Positions 52,233 through 64,000 of a DNA stretch of 64,000 bases are shown here, in pieces. A program made the position numbers and the translations under genes. The DNA lies in the NCBI RefSeq assembly GCF_009914755.1, contig NC_060928.1, one strand, 5' to 3'. The notes beneath the pieces are model-generated. The model saw nothing but the letters and a program-made list of their open reading frames with translations. It was not told the DNA's origin and made no database searches. This DNA comes from the human T2T-CHM13v2.0 reference genome, Homo sapiens. Position 1 is the first letter of the stretch. Each line of letters begins with the position of its first letter.

Positions 52233-53330
52233 CAGCAGGAAAGAGGGAAAAGAAGTAAAGAACAAAAGGAACAAATAGAAAACATCTAGCAAGTAGGCAG
52301 AGTTTAATCAAAACATATTTATGACCATATTAAATGTTAATGATCTAAAGACATAAATTAAAAGAGATAAATTGTTAGATCGGATTTTTAAAAGCAAGAC
52401 CTTAATATAGGCTTTTTATAGTTTACCTGCATTAAATATAAAATATAAAGAAGTTAAAATTACAGAAAAAGATGCACTAAAAGAAAATGGAAGCAGCAAC
52501 AATAATATTAAAATAACCTTCTTAACAAGGTAAGTCACTAGGTATGAAGAAGAATATTACATAATGAAAAAGCAGTCAATTCTCTAAGTGTATAAACATA
52601 CTAAATGTTCATGCACTCCACTACAGAGTTTCCAAAAACAAAATGCAATAATTTAAAGAATTATGAGGAGAAATTGGCATTGCCACAGTTCTAGTTGGAC
52701 TTCCTGCACTTTTTTTCTCAGAATCAGTAGAATAGCCAAATACAAATTCTGTTGCAAGGTAGATCACCTCAACAACACTATCACCAACATAGAACTAGCT
52801 GACAATTATAGAACACTCCACCCAATATTATCAGAATGAAAATTTGTTTAAAATGAGCATGTAAATTAATATTCAGAAGGCGAAACTACATTCTGGAACC
52901 TAATTAAAAACAAACAAAGTATATTTTGAAATGAAACTAAATTAAACAAGAAATCAGATAACTGAAAATGTCCAAATATTTGGAAATAAAATAGCACACT
53001 TGAGTGAGGATTACCCTGATGCCAAAACCAGGCACAGACATTACAAGAAAAGAAAATTGCAGGCAAATATCCCTCAGGGGTATTAATGCAAATTTTTTCA
53101 AAAAGTGCTAGAAAACAAATTCAGTAATATATTAAAAAATAATATATCATGTCCAAATGGGGATTATTTTAGGAACTCAGAGATTATTCACCATTCTAAA
53201 ATCAGTTGATATAATTTACCATATAGATACTAATTAAGACAAAATACACAATTATACAAAGTATAATTCTCAATTCAGAAATAGTCTCTTACAAAATTCA
53301 ACATCCCTTCATGATAAGCCCACTGAGAAA
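52233..53330 (+). mobile_element. Old L1M ORF2 fragments
   Basis: Degenerate endonuclease/RT-region motifs (TATAGAACACTCCACCCAA, ATTACCCTGATGCCAAAACCAG, AAAATTCAACATCCCTTCATGAT). Confidence 0.75.
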
Positions 53331-53358
53331 ATGTGCGTGTTTATACAGAAATATATAT

Positions 53359-53767
53359 TGTTATAGTTTGGATGTTTGTCCTTTCCAAACCTCATGTTGA
53401 AATTGATCTTCAATATTGGAGGTGGGAGGTGGGGCCTAGTAGGAGGTAATTGGGCCATGGGGATGTTTTTCTTATGAATAACTTGGTACCATTCCTGCAG
53501 TAGGGAGTTCTCACTCTATTCTCCCAAGAGCTGGTTGTTATAAAGAGCCTGGCACTTCCCCAATCTCTCTTGTTTTCTCATTCACCAAGTGATAGTGGGA
53601 CACACATCTCCCACTCACTTTCCACCCAGGCCGCACCAGAAGCCAAATAGATGCTAGAGCTGTGTTTCTTGTACAGCCTGCAGAAAAGTGAGGCAAATAA
53701 ACCTATTTTCTTTCTAAATTATGCAGTCTCAGATATTCTTCTATAGTGACACAAATGGATTTAGACA
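53359..53767 (+). mobile_element. MSTB-type MaLR solo LTR
   Basis: TGTTATAGTTTGGATGTTTGTCC...GTACAGCCTGCAGAA...TAGACA; TSD TATAT/TATGT. Confidence 0.88.
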
Positions 53768-53799
53768 TATGTGTGTCTGTGTGGAGATATATATATATG

Positions 53800-54700
53800 T
53801 ATGTATATAATTACATTATACAGAATTATCAAAACTTAATTTAAAAAACAATAAATTAATAGCAAGAGATTTTAATAGGTACTTCCTCAAAGAAGATATA
53901 TGAATTTTTTAAAGTGTATTAGTTTTTAGGACAATACAAAAGTTTAAACCACTAAGAAATACTATTATGCACCTATGAGAATTACCAAAGTTTAAAAAAG
54001 AAAGTGTCAGTATCAAGTGCTCACTAGTATATAAAGCAACTGGAACTCTCATATATTGCTGAGATTATTGCAAAATGGCCCAGCTACTTTGGAAAACAGT
54101 TAGACAATTTATTATAAAGTTAAACATACACTAATTAAATAATCCAGTAATCTCATTCCTAAGTGTTTTCCCTGTAAATTGAAATCCTATTCCCCACACC
54201 AAAGTCTATACTTGGATATTAGTAGCAGTTTTATTCCTAGTATCTCAAAATTTAAAACAACTCAAATGTGTCTCAACTGGAAAATAAAGAACCTGTGGTA
54301 TCTAAATAATTAAGTACTAGTTAACAAAAAAGAAAGAACCACTGGTATACATGGCACTATGGAAAAATATCTATGCATTTTGCTAAGTGAAAAAGTCCAG
54401 ATGCAAGAGGCAACATACTATATAATTCCATACTATATGACAGTCTGAAAAAGGTGACGCTATAAGGGCAGAAATTATACAGTTGTTGCCAGGGACTGTG
54501 GGGGTTGGAGGGAGCAGGACGTGCATAGTTTGACCAAAAAGAAATAGGAGAATTGGGGGTGACGGCACTTTTCTAAATATCTTCATTGTGGTGGTGGTGG
54601 TTACAGAAATGTATATATTTGCCAAACTTTGAGGAAGTATACACTAAAAAAGGAGAACTTTACAGTGTTTAAATTACATCTTAATTTTTAAAATTAAAAC
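53800..54700 (+). mobile_element. Old L1 (L1MD/ME) 3' end
   Basis: AAAGCAACTGGAACTCTCATATATTGCTG, CTTTGGAAAACAGTT, GCTAAGTGAAAAAGTCCAGA. Confidence 0.8.
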
Positions 54701-54809
54701 GAAACTATTGAAACATAAAACATATAAGAAGGGTAGCCAAATTAGTCTTGTCCCTGAAGAAGTATCCCAGTGCATAGATACTTCGCTCACTTGGTTTTTC
54801 TGCTGTTTA

Positions 54810-54945
54810 CTAAACATTAAGCTTCTAGACAGTAGATATTTTGTTTCATTGGTTTCCATACCCCAGCATCCACTATGATGTCTGGCAAAAAGAAAGGTCT
54901 TAATAAAAGTTTGTCACGTGTACTAATTAAGTGAATTGGTTGAGA
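54810..54945 (+). mobile_element. L2 3' end
   Basis: TAAGCTTCTAGAC...TTTTGTTTCATTG...CCCCAGCATC...GTCTGGCA. Confidence 0.55.
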
Positions 54946-56512
54946 GTTTTAAAGCTCAGCCGATAGATCTGATTGAATGATTCTGCATAATAAATATCAG
55001 AAAAAAATCAATATGATACAGAACTTTTAGAAAAACACACGATATGTGGATGAGAGAGGAGCCAAACTGAAGAGTCCCAAATGGCCCTTGATGAGAGGCT
55101 TATTACTTGCTTAGAACATCTATTTTAAGAAAATTCTGGATCTGTCACACAGGATTGATGTGATTAACAGTAAGAAAATTTAAATGGCAGCAACACAAGT
55201 TTGGACCTGGGAGTAATGAAATTGTATATCTTAATGTAAATTATCCAGGTCCTAGGGGGTCCAAAAGAGTCTATCTTGTAGCTAGAAAGGAAATAATCAC
55301 TCAAACACATTAAGGAGAAGCAGTTCTCCTGGGAAGGTGATAAGAAAGAGCTGAGAAAGCTCAAGCCAACCTGAAGCTTGATGAAGGGATCCTGAAAGGA
55401 TTTTTATTTGAACCAGCTTAATGGCAATGGAGTCCTGTGAGATTCTCAGTGCACCAGCTGTTCTCGTTCTTCATGGTGTGTTTGATGTACAGGGTTGTGC
55501 CTGGAGCCGAGAGCTTCAAGAACATGTGCAGTTTTCCAGCTTCATTTGCTGACAGAAATGAGAGAGCTGGGAGTCAACTGAATCAGTGTGAAGCACATTA
55601 TTAAGTGTCTCTCTGGAACCACAGATTGGGGGTTGGGAGGCAGATTCTGCTTGGTAGACATGTAATAAATTATTTGTTGAAATAATAAATGGATGAATGA
55701 GCGAATCAATACGTGAATGAATAAATGAACAGGGCTTAATTTGTGTCATTAGGTGCTGAAAAATAGAAGCTAGGATATTAATGGTAAAGATGATTAACTT
55801 GTATGGGGCAGCATTTCAGAATTCAAACCCGCTCTTCACTAATCCCCATCATTTACACGTGGATTTGCTGTGGGCATGATTCATTAGCTTCTCCTGTTTT
55901 TAGTTTCCAAAATTCTAGGTAATTCTGTCCCTTAGGAACTCTTCTCTGATACTCTCATTCCCTGCATTTCTCTTTGTCATTCTCTCCTGTAAATATATTC
56001 TTCTCACACAGCCTTTCAGTAAGAAGACTCATACTTCTATGAGCCCATAGGCTGGTCTTGCATTTTATTTTTATAAACAAAAAAAATAAAAGAAAGAAAA
56101 AAACTTACTTTTGGGGGGATTAACTAGAGATTATATCCACTGTTTACATGTAACACTTTCCTTCTTACAGCTTTAAAATAGAAAGCAAAATGTCTCCTTT
56201 GTACTAATTCACCAACTTAAGAGTTTCCACTTCATTTATCAAGAAGACAATAATGGATTATAACAGAACAGATGTATTTGGAAATACTGACCAAAGGAGT
56301 TTCATATACCTCCTTATCAGAGTTTTGCCTTTATTACTTTAGCATTAAAACAGAAATCATGAACTGAAATAAAGGCAATGCCTGCTTGAAACAAGCAATA
56401 GAAATATATGTCAGGCTACATGAACTCACTTTGAAATCAGCTAAAACTACATTAGGTTAGAACTTCCCAAAATAGTGTTTGTAGTATCCATTATTGAAAA
56501 ATAAGAGGCTAG

Positions 56513-56622
56513 GGTGCAGCGCACCAGCATGGCACATGTATACATATGTAACTAACCTGCACATTGTGCACATGTACCCTAAAACTTAAAGTATAATAAT
56601 AATAAATAAACAAAATAAGAAA
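56513..56622 (+). mobile_element. Very short young L1PA (PA2/PA3-like) 3' end
   Basis: GGTGCAGCGCACCAGCATGGCACATG...CCCTAAAACTTAAAGTATAAT; perfect 17-bp TSD GAAAAATAAGAGGCTAG at 56496-56512 and 56623-56639. Confidence 0.95.
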
Positions 56623-57160
56623 GAAAAATAAGAGGCTAGAAATGTGATGACTAGGATAGTAGTGAATTGGTGAGTTTTAATTTTGTGATTTCCTAGTCGT
56701 ACTAATTTCATAAAGATGGTGCAGACAGAATCCTGTAATACAATTTAAGAAATTTGGTAGTATCTCATTCACTTAATGATGCATCATAGAAGACTCACAA
56801 TCCTTCTGTTCAGTTTCCTTCCACTGGAAAGCAGATGATGATAAGCTTTGTAAGATACTTACTTTACAGAGCTATCGAAAAGATTTAATGAAAAATGAAC
56901 AAAAAATGAACTTATTGAAGTGTCATACAGAAGAGGGAATTATGCATACTACTTAGGAAATTTGATCTTCAAATATCTTAAATTCTGATTAGATGTTAGT
57001 CAATTGACTCAGTTGACATTTTTAAATATGGGTTACATTATATTGGCATTTTTAACTTTAAGCTTTGTGCATATTTTTTATGTTCAGGTTTTCATAACAA
57101 CTTACAGAAGTAAATAGCAGGTTTTTTTTTTTTTAAAAGTGAGGTTCACAGACTAAAAGG

Positions 57161-57559
57161 TGTTAAATCAAGTTTAGCCTAAAGCTGCTTCCTTACATAT
57201 TTTAAGCTTGACTTAAAGCTTTCTCTGTGTATTGTGAACTATAACAAGTAGAGGGGCAAACAGAACATAGCCTACACTTGTGCCAAACACTGAGTTTTGG
57301 CCAATCAAATGTAGCCAACTGTTTGAACTGTGTTCAAATAAGGCAAATGCTAATCTGTAACCAATCCAGCTGTTTCTGTACCTCACTTCCATTTTCTATA
57401 TGTTACTTTCCTTTTTCTGTCTGCAAATCTTCTTCTACCATGTGGCTGCACTGGCGTCGCAGAGCCTACTCTGGCTCAGGAGGCTACCGGATTTGAGAAT
57501 CGTTCGTCGCTCAATTAACCTCCTTTAAATTTAATTTGACTGAAGTTTTTCTTTTAATA
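57161..57559 (+). mobile_element. MER57B-type ERV1 solo LTR inserted in a minus-strand MIR
   Basis: TGTTAAATCAAGTTTAGCCTAAAGCTGC...GAAGTTTTTCTTTTAATA; MIR halves at ~57085-57160 and ~57560-57655. Confidence 0.88.
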
Positions 57560-58662
57560 AAGAGATTGCTCATATCACACAACCTGTGCATGGTATGTAG
57601 AGGGTGGGATTTGAATCCAGGTAATTTTTACTGTAGGCCCTATTCTCCTAACCAATTGAAACTGTTTCCTCCAAGTGTATCCACATTGGAAAGCAGTGAA
57701 TAGATAGACTTATCAGTATAATCTGAGAAACTACTCCAGTTTTAACATTTATGGGCTTTCATGTGGTATTTTTGCTCCTAAGAAGTGGCATGGTGATTAG
57801 TGCTTAGAGTGGAGCAGTAATTCACTTTACAAATAAGTGCATGTAAGACTATCCTTAGATCCATTTTTTTTCTGGCAATAGTATGCTTCTATGGTTAGAG
57901 TTTATTGATTAAGAATGAAATATGGAAGATTTCCATTGTTTTTGGGTTTGTACAGGGCAGGAAATTATATTATTTTCTGTAGGGTTTTCCCTCACTTGAT
58001 TTTGATCTATTTTTTTCTGAAAACCTGGGAATTTTCAAGAAATAGCTCATTACTACTCACCTCCAACAGTGGAATAGCCAGGCCAACTCTTTCTTTAAAA
58101 ATGTCACCTATAAACTTGTGAAGAATTTTACTTAATAGGGTTTTGAAAATTTTGGGTATTCCATTTCTCTAAGAGAGGAAGCATTTCTGAATCTAAGACT
58201 AATTAAAAAAAACCGAAACTGCTCTGATTTCTAAAGAGTGATACAGATGGCTTCCTGTTAAGTCTTTTTCAAAAAATGGCTGAGTGTAGTTTATACTATT
58301 TTGAATTCATACATTAGGCAAAAGCTAAGACTTATTAGTTTTAGATCCTTATTTTGCTAAATATGGACAGCACAATGGAGAAAAGATTTAGAGAAAATGT
58401 AACATTACTGTCAGATTCCTTGTCAGTGAAAGACGTTTACTGTATTCATAATGCTGAGGACCCCAATTTTGTCACTTCTTCTAGCCTTTTTATACAGCCC
58501 CCAGATTTTCAGGTCTGGCTATTATGACAATGATCACCTCTTGTTTCTAACACTGCAACATTTTGACAGGTTTTTTTTTTTTATTTCATAATGTCTTTTC
58601 ATGCCCAGAAAAAATTAGGCATGATCTAGCATTAGAATGGAGTTTACATTTAAAAACGGGTC

Positions 58663-59582
58663 CTCTAAAAACTCAGCGATACGGTATGTCGAAAAGGCAC
58701 AAAAGACAACAGAAAGAGCTCCCAATGGCCAAAGCTGAAATAGTTTAAGCAACAAAATGAAGAAAGTAGTATTGGATGACAATGCAAGGTATAAAATAAA
58801 TACCTATTTGTTTACACTGCTGTAAACAAATGACTGAATAAATTAATAAGTGAGGGGAAAAGAGGCAAATCTCCTGTGCAAAATTCCAAATAAACTATCT
58901 AGATACTTCACCTTTAAGGAGGGAAGGCAAAACTTCCACTCTGTAAACATGGTCTGCATGTAGTGACTTTCATTTAAAGAGAAGATTGAAGGGTGTGGGG
59001 TAGGAATAGACTAACCTTACAATCCACAAGCTTGACAAACACTACTTAAGCCAAAAGTAATGACTAAGATTAATATTAGAAGCCATAAATATGTTGATAG
59101 TATGTACCCTTGATTTGAAATGATGAAAATGGCAGTTTACCTCTGTGGTCTTCCTTCCAAAATCCATAATCCCAATATCACCCTGGGAAAAACACTGGGC
59201 AAATTCCAATAGAAGAGAATCCTAAAATATACCTGATCAGTGTTCCTCCAAACTATTAAGGCCATTAAATAAAAGAAAAATCTGAGAAACTGTTACAGTC
59301 AAAACACATCTTAAAGAGACATGATAACTAAATATAATGTGGTTTCGTAGATAGGATCCTCCAACTGAAAAAGACATTAGGTAAAAACTAAGGAAATCAA
59401 AATAGAGCACAAAATTTAGTTAACAATGATGTATCAATATCTGTTAATTAATTGTAACAAATGTATCATACTAATGTGAAAGTTTAATAATAGATGGAGC
59501 TGTGTATATGGAACTTTCACACTATTTTCCCAACTGTTAATGAAATCTAAAACTGTTCTAAAAATAAAACCTAATAATTAAA
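58663..59582 (+). mobile_element. L1MC/L1MD-type 3'UTR insertion
   Basis: AAAGAGCTCCCAATGGCCAAAGCTG...TCTAAAACTGTTCTAAAAATAAA; apparent TSD AAAAA(C/T)GGGTC. Confidence 0.85.
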
Positions 59583-60566
59583 AAAAATGGGTCATCCAGC
59601 TGTGTTTAGCAGAGTGAAACCAACAAAATAACCTCTGGGGAAGGTTGAGGTCAGAGTACTCCATAGTGAAGTAAAACCATAATTAGATGACAAACTACTT
59701 GAAAATCATATTGTCTCCTAGTTACAGAATGACTTTTAAAAAATCTTTTTGAATGTATGTTTTATTTGTTAAAGATCATAACATAAAGACTTTAAAGGTT
59801 ATTTTAAATGGAATAGATTAAATATCCCTCCTTAATACTTTTCCTGATATTGCTTTTCCCTATTTATTTCAGTCTGTTTACATGCATATATTCACAAGGT
59901 TGTCTTATGTTTGGAAACGTTTGGCTAGTTCATTTACATTACGCATTTCTATGTTGTTATTTGTCCCTTATAATTATAAATTGACTTGATAAAATCATTC
60001 TGGTTCACATAAAAACCAAATTGTTTTTGAAAACTTAATAGAAATAAAATGAACTGAAAGTATTATTCACAAGTGAATTTTCTTTTATATGACTTTTGAA
60101 AATAAGGATGACTTGAGTTCCTAGAATATTTTTTGTTTTATTTTTCACTTGAGTTAAACTACATTATTGTATAAAGAACTAAGACTTAAAAAAAATTCAG
60201 AAGCACTAATGGTTTTATTTTATTCACTATATACATAGAAATATTTTTAGTGAACAAATGAAATGAATAAAACAGATAAAATATTAAACCAAGCCAAAAA
60301 TACACCCTCAAATCTCTGCTTTTTTTTTGTCATTGGAAATCTATTAACATTTTCTGATTTCAAAGATGCAGCCTTGTGTACCTATTTTAGTTGTGATTTT
60401 ATGTTATATTTCAACTATTAATCTGCTTTCATTGGTTTTACTATTCTATTTATATATCAAAAATCAAAACATCTTTATCAAGATGTATGATGTATGTTTA
60501 TTTCAGTATACAAACCAAATTGTCTTGCAGATCTTCATTGCAAGGCATAGTTTAAAATGTGGCTTT

Positions 60567-61896
60567 CATCTACAACCATCTGAGTTTTGACAAACCTGAC
60601 AAAAGCAAGCAATTGGGAAAGGATACCCTATTTAACAAATGGTGCTGGGAGAACTGGCTAGCCATATGCAGAAAATTGAAACTGGACCCCTTCCTCACAC
60701 CATATACAAAAATTTTAACTCAAGGCGGATTAAAGACTTAAATGTAAAACCTAAAATTATAAAAACCCTAGAAGAAAACCTAGGCAATACCATTCAGGAC
60801 ATAGGCATGGGCAAAGATTTTATGATGAACTTGCCAAAAGTAACTGCAACACAAGCAAAAATTGACAAATGGGATTTAATTAAACTAAAGAGCTTCTGCA
60901 CAGCAAAAGAAACTATCATCAGAGCAGAACAGACAACCTACAGAATGGGAGAAAATCTTTGCAATCTATCCATCTGAAAAAGGTATAATATCCAGAATCT
61001 ATAAGTAACTTATGCAAATTTACAAGAAAAAGCAAAAAAACCATTAAAAAGTGGGCAAAGGACATAAACAGAAAAAAGACATACATGCAAAAAAAGACAT
61101 ACATGCAGCCAGCAAACATGAAAAAAACTCAACATCACTGCTCATTAGAGAAATGCAAATTAAAATCACAGTGAGATACCATCTCATGCCAGTAAGAATG
61201 GCGATTACTAAAACGTCAAGAAGCAACAGATGCTGGCAAGGTTGCAGAGAAATGGGAACGCTTTTACACTATTGATGTGAATGTAAATTAATTCAACCAT
61301 AGTGAACGGCAGTGTGGCGATTCCTCAAAGATTTATAACCAGAAATGCCATTTGACCCAGCAATCCCATTACTGGGTGTATACCCAAAGGAATATAAATC
61401 ATTCTATTATAAAGATACGTGCACATGTATGTTCATTGCAGCACTATTCACAATAGCAAGACATGGAATCAACCCAAATGCCCATCAATAATAGACTGGA
61501 TAAAGAAAATGTGGTACATATACACCATGGAATATTATGCAGCCATAAAAAGAAATGAGATCTTGTCCTTTGCAGGGACATGGATGAAGCTGGAAGCCAT
61601 TATCTTCACCAAACTAACACAGGAATAGAAAACCAAACACTGCATGTTCTCGCTTATAAGTGGGAGCGAACAAGGAGAACACATGGACACAGGGAGGGGA
61701 ATAACACACACTGGGGCCTGTCAGGGGAGAGTAGGGGTGGTGAGAGCATTAGGGAAGAAAGCTAATGCATGCTGGGCTTAATACCTAGGTGATGGGTTGA
61801 TAGGTGCAGCAAAACACCATGACACATGTTTACCTGTGTAACCTACCTGCACATCCTGCATATGTACTCCGGAACTTAAAAAAAATCAAAAAATTT
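60567..61896 (+). mobile_element. 5'-truncated L1PA13-like LINE
   Basis: ORF2 C-terminal fragments ([20 protein letters not shown]; WYIYTMEYYAAIK) and 3'UTR; exact 16-bp TSD TTTAAAATGTGGCTTT at 60551-60566 and 61897-61912. Confidence 0.95.
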
Positions 61897-61986
61897 TTTA
61901 AAATGTGGCTTTTAAATCATCTAATATTGAATACTTTTAGAATATAAAAAGAAGAATGTATGACTCTTAAAACTTTCATAACATAT

Positions 61987-62414
61987 TGTTAAAGCAAACT
62001 AAATATGGCCTGAGAAGGACTCTGTACTTCTATATTTGAGTCTTTGTGGATGGACTGTAACCTAGCCTAATAGACAAAATTGAAAACCTAACTTATTAGT
62101 ATGCACCTGTAACAATAGCTGAGCGCTGGCCAATCCCAGTGGCCCTACTTCAACCACTCATAGACTACTGAATGTTCAAACTGTGTTCAAATAAGGCAAA
62201 CACTGAATTGTAACCAGTCTCACTGCTGCTGTACCTCACTTTTGATTCCTGTACATAACATTACCTTTCTTGTCTATAAATTTATTCTGACCATGAGGCC
62301 CTCCTGGAGGCTCTGTGAATCTGCTATGATTCTGGGGGCTGCCCGATTTTTAAATCATTCATTGCTCAATTAAACTCCTTTAAATTTAATTTGGCTGAAG
62401 TTTTTCTTTTATCA
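61987..62414 (+). mobile_element. MER57A-type ERV1 solo LTR
   Basis: TGTTAAAGCAAACTAAATATGGCCTGAGAAGGACTC...TTTTATCA; exact TSD ATAT. Confidence 0.9.
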
Positions 62415-62494
62415 ATATCATAAAATGCTATGCTGCTATTAGCCAAAGATATTTTCATATAATCCTGTAATTTTGCAGAATTCACAAAAAATAA

Positions 62495-62730
62495 TAATAT
62501 CATTGTAATATTGTGCATCAGGCTCTCTGATAAGAGTTTTTAAAAAATTATATTATCCTTTTAAACCATACAACAACCTTGTAACATCAGTACTATATCG
62601 ATAACATCATTTTACAAATGAGAAAACTTATGCAAGGAGGGGCTAAGTATTTTGCCCAGGTAGTAATTACAAGAGAAGTGATTTTATAACAGGTTATGGA
62701 ACTTCAGAGCTTACAATTAACCACTTCATC
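62495..62730 (-). mobile_element. MIR
   Basis: CATACAACAACCTTG...CATTTTACAAATGAGAAAACT...TTGCCCAGG. Confidence 0.7.
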
Positions 62731-63249
62731 AAATTCAAAAATTTAAATAAAATAGATAATTCTTTTAAATTAAAAAAAACTTATAAAGAGGCCCTGGACA
62801 TGTCTGAACCTTTAGAATTACACAGATCACAGCCAAAGAGTTTTTGTCTTTTCGATTACTAATAAAAGGGGGTTTAGTAATGCAATGCTAAATAAGGTCT
62901 CTCTGCTATTCAATCTTATAGCACATAGTGTTTTCCCTAATCACACTTTTCACATTTTTAAATTCTATTTTTATTGTTTAAGTTCTAGTCTCCCCCGTTG
63001 CTCTGAAAGTACCATCGAGAGAGACCATGTGTGTTTTGCTCACTTTTGTATTCTTAGAATTTAGCAAAGTGCCTGGCCAGAATGAGCCATCTTATTTGTT
63101 AGGATACCTTCTGCTCCCAATGACACACTAGCCTACTAACAATTCTGAGATGATGTGGACATGTAATTATTTTATGTAATAGGAAAGTTGGAGTTATTTG
63201 GAAGGGGATTCAGTTGCTCAGAGATGCTAGGACACTGGCTGAGCATCTT

Positions 63250-63725
63250 GGTGTGTGCTATTTAGCCATTGCTGCGTTAAAAAGAACTCAAGATTTAGTG
63301 GCTTAATATCAGGTTGCTGCAAAAGTAATTGCGATTTTTGCAATTACTTTTAGTTGCAAAACCACAATTACTTTTGCACCAACCTGATACTATAAGCATG
63401 TGTTATATACAAGTTTGTGGATCAGCTGAGTAGTTCTTCTACTCTTCCCAGCTGGATTCAATCTTGAATTTGCAGTCAGCTGGTGGATTGGCTGGGGGTG
63501 AACTTGTCCAGGATGAACTCTGCTGAGGAGACTTGTTGCAAGCTCTTTTCTCTGTAACCTGTGGTATCTCATCCTCCCGCAAGCCAGCTTGGACTTTTTC
63601 ACATGGTGGTGGCCGAGATACAGAAGAGAAAAAAAGAAGCACATATGGTTCCTAATACCTACACTTAGAATGGGTCCATTATCACTTCTTTCATATTCTA
63701 TAAATCAAAGCAAGTCATAAGAAAT
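63250..63725 (-). mobile_element. Old MLT1 (F/G/H-type) LTR split by MADE1
   Basis: CATTGCTGCGTTAAAAAG...TTAGTGGCTTAA; later CAGCTTGGACTTTTTCACATGGTGG and CAAAGCAAGTCATAAG. Confidence 0.7.
63309..63387. mobile_element. MADE1 (Hsmar1-derived MITE)
   Basis: 79-bp near-palindrome TCAGGTTGCTGCAAAAGTAATTG...CAATTACTTTTGCACCAACCTGA flanked by TA. Confidence 0.95.
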
Positions 63726-63764
63726 AAGGCTTATATACACTCATTATATTCAGAGATATTCTAG

Positions 63765-63940
63765 TGTGAAAGAAAAATAAATCTTGGAGCCCCACAATCA
63801 CTAAACTAAAGGGAAAAGTCAAGTGAGGAACTGCTTAGGTGAAACCTGCCTCCCATTCTATTCAAAGTCATTCCTCTGTTCACTGAAATAAATGTATATC
63901 TGATTGCCTCCTTTGGAAAAGCTAATCAGAAATGAGAAGA
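63765..63940 (+). mobile_element. MER4A-type ERV1 LTR 5' fragment
   Basis: TGTGAAAGAAAAATAAATCTTGG...AAACCTGCCTCCCATTCTATTCAAAGTCA. Confidence 0.8.
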
Positions 63941-64000
63941 TCAGGAATTCCCCCTGGACATGTAAAGTTGACATGTGGATATGTCAAATAAGCAATTGGA

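Noticed and set aside
61072-61107. AAAAAAGACATACATGC tandem duplication in L1
   Set aside because: Ordinary slippage in a dead element

Overview
AT-rich, CpG-depleted primate (probably human) genomic DNA, dense in interspersed repeats. I recognise no protein-coding, tRNA, rRNA or prokaryotic features; the ORF track is repeat-derived or chance. Main landmarks: a two-LTR non-autonomous MER41A provirus (16686-21819) followed by an LTR8A; a MaLR (MSTA/THE1D-type) provirus (39321-48327) whose 5' LTR carries a full-length degenerate L1PA12-like LINE, itself carrying an Alu; a THE1C LTR plus internal fragment holding the longest ORF; a twin-primed inverted L1MA; many solo LTRs, Alus, MIR/L2 fragments and DNA transposons. 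The most anomalous stretch is ~1468-1720, which shows almost no CpG depletion, matches no repeat I know and has no ORF. Also notable: a MADE1 hairpin with apparently compensatory changes, several perfect hairpins, candidate non-coding exons, and a strong plus-strand bias of L1/Alu insertions. I found no well-supported novel system. Subfamily names come from recalled consensus sequences and need RepeatMasker/Dfam confirmation.
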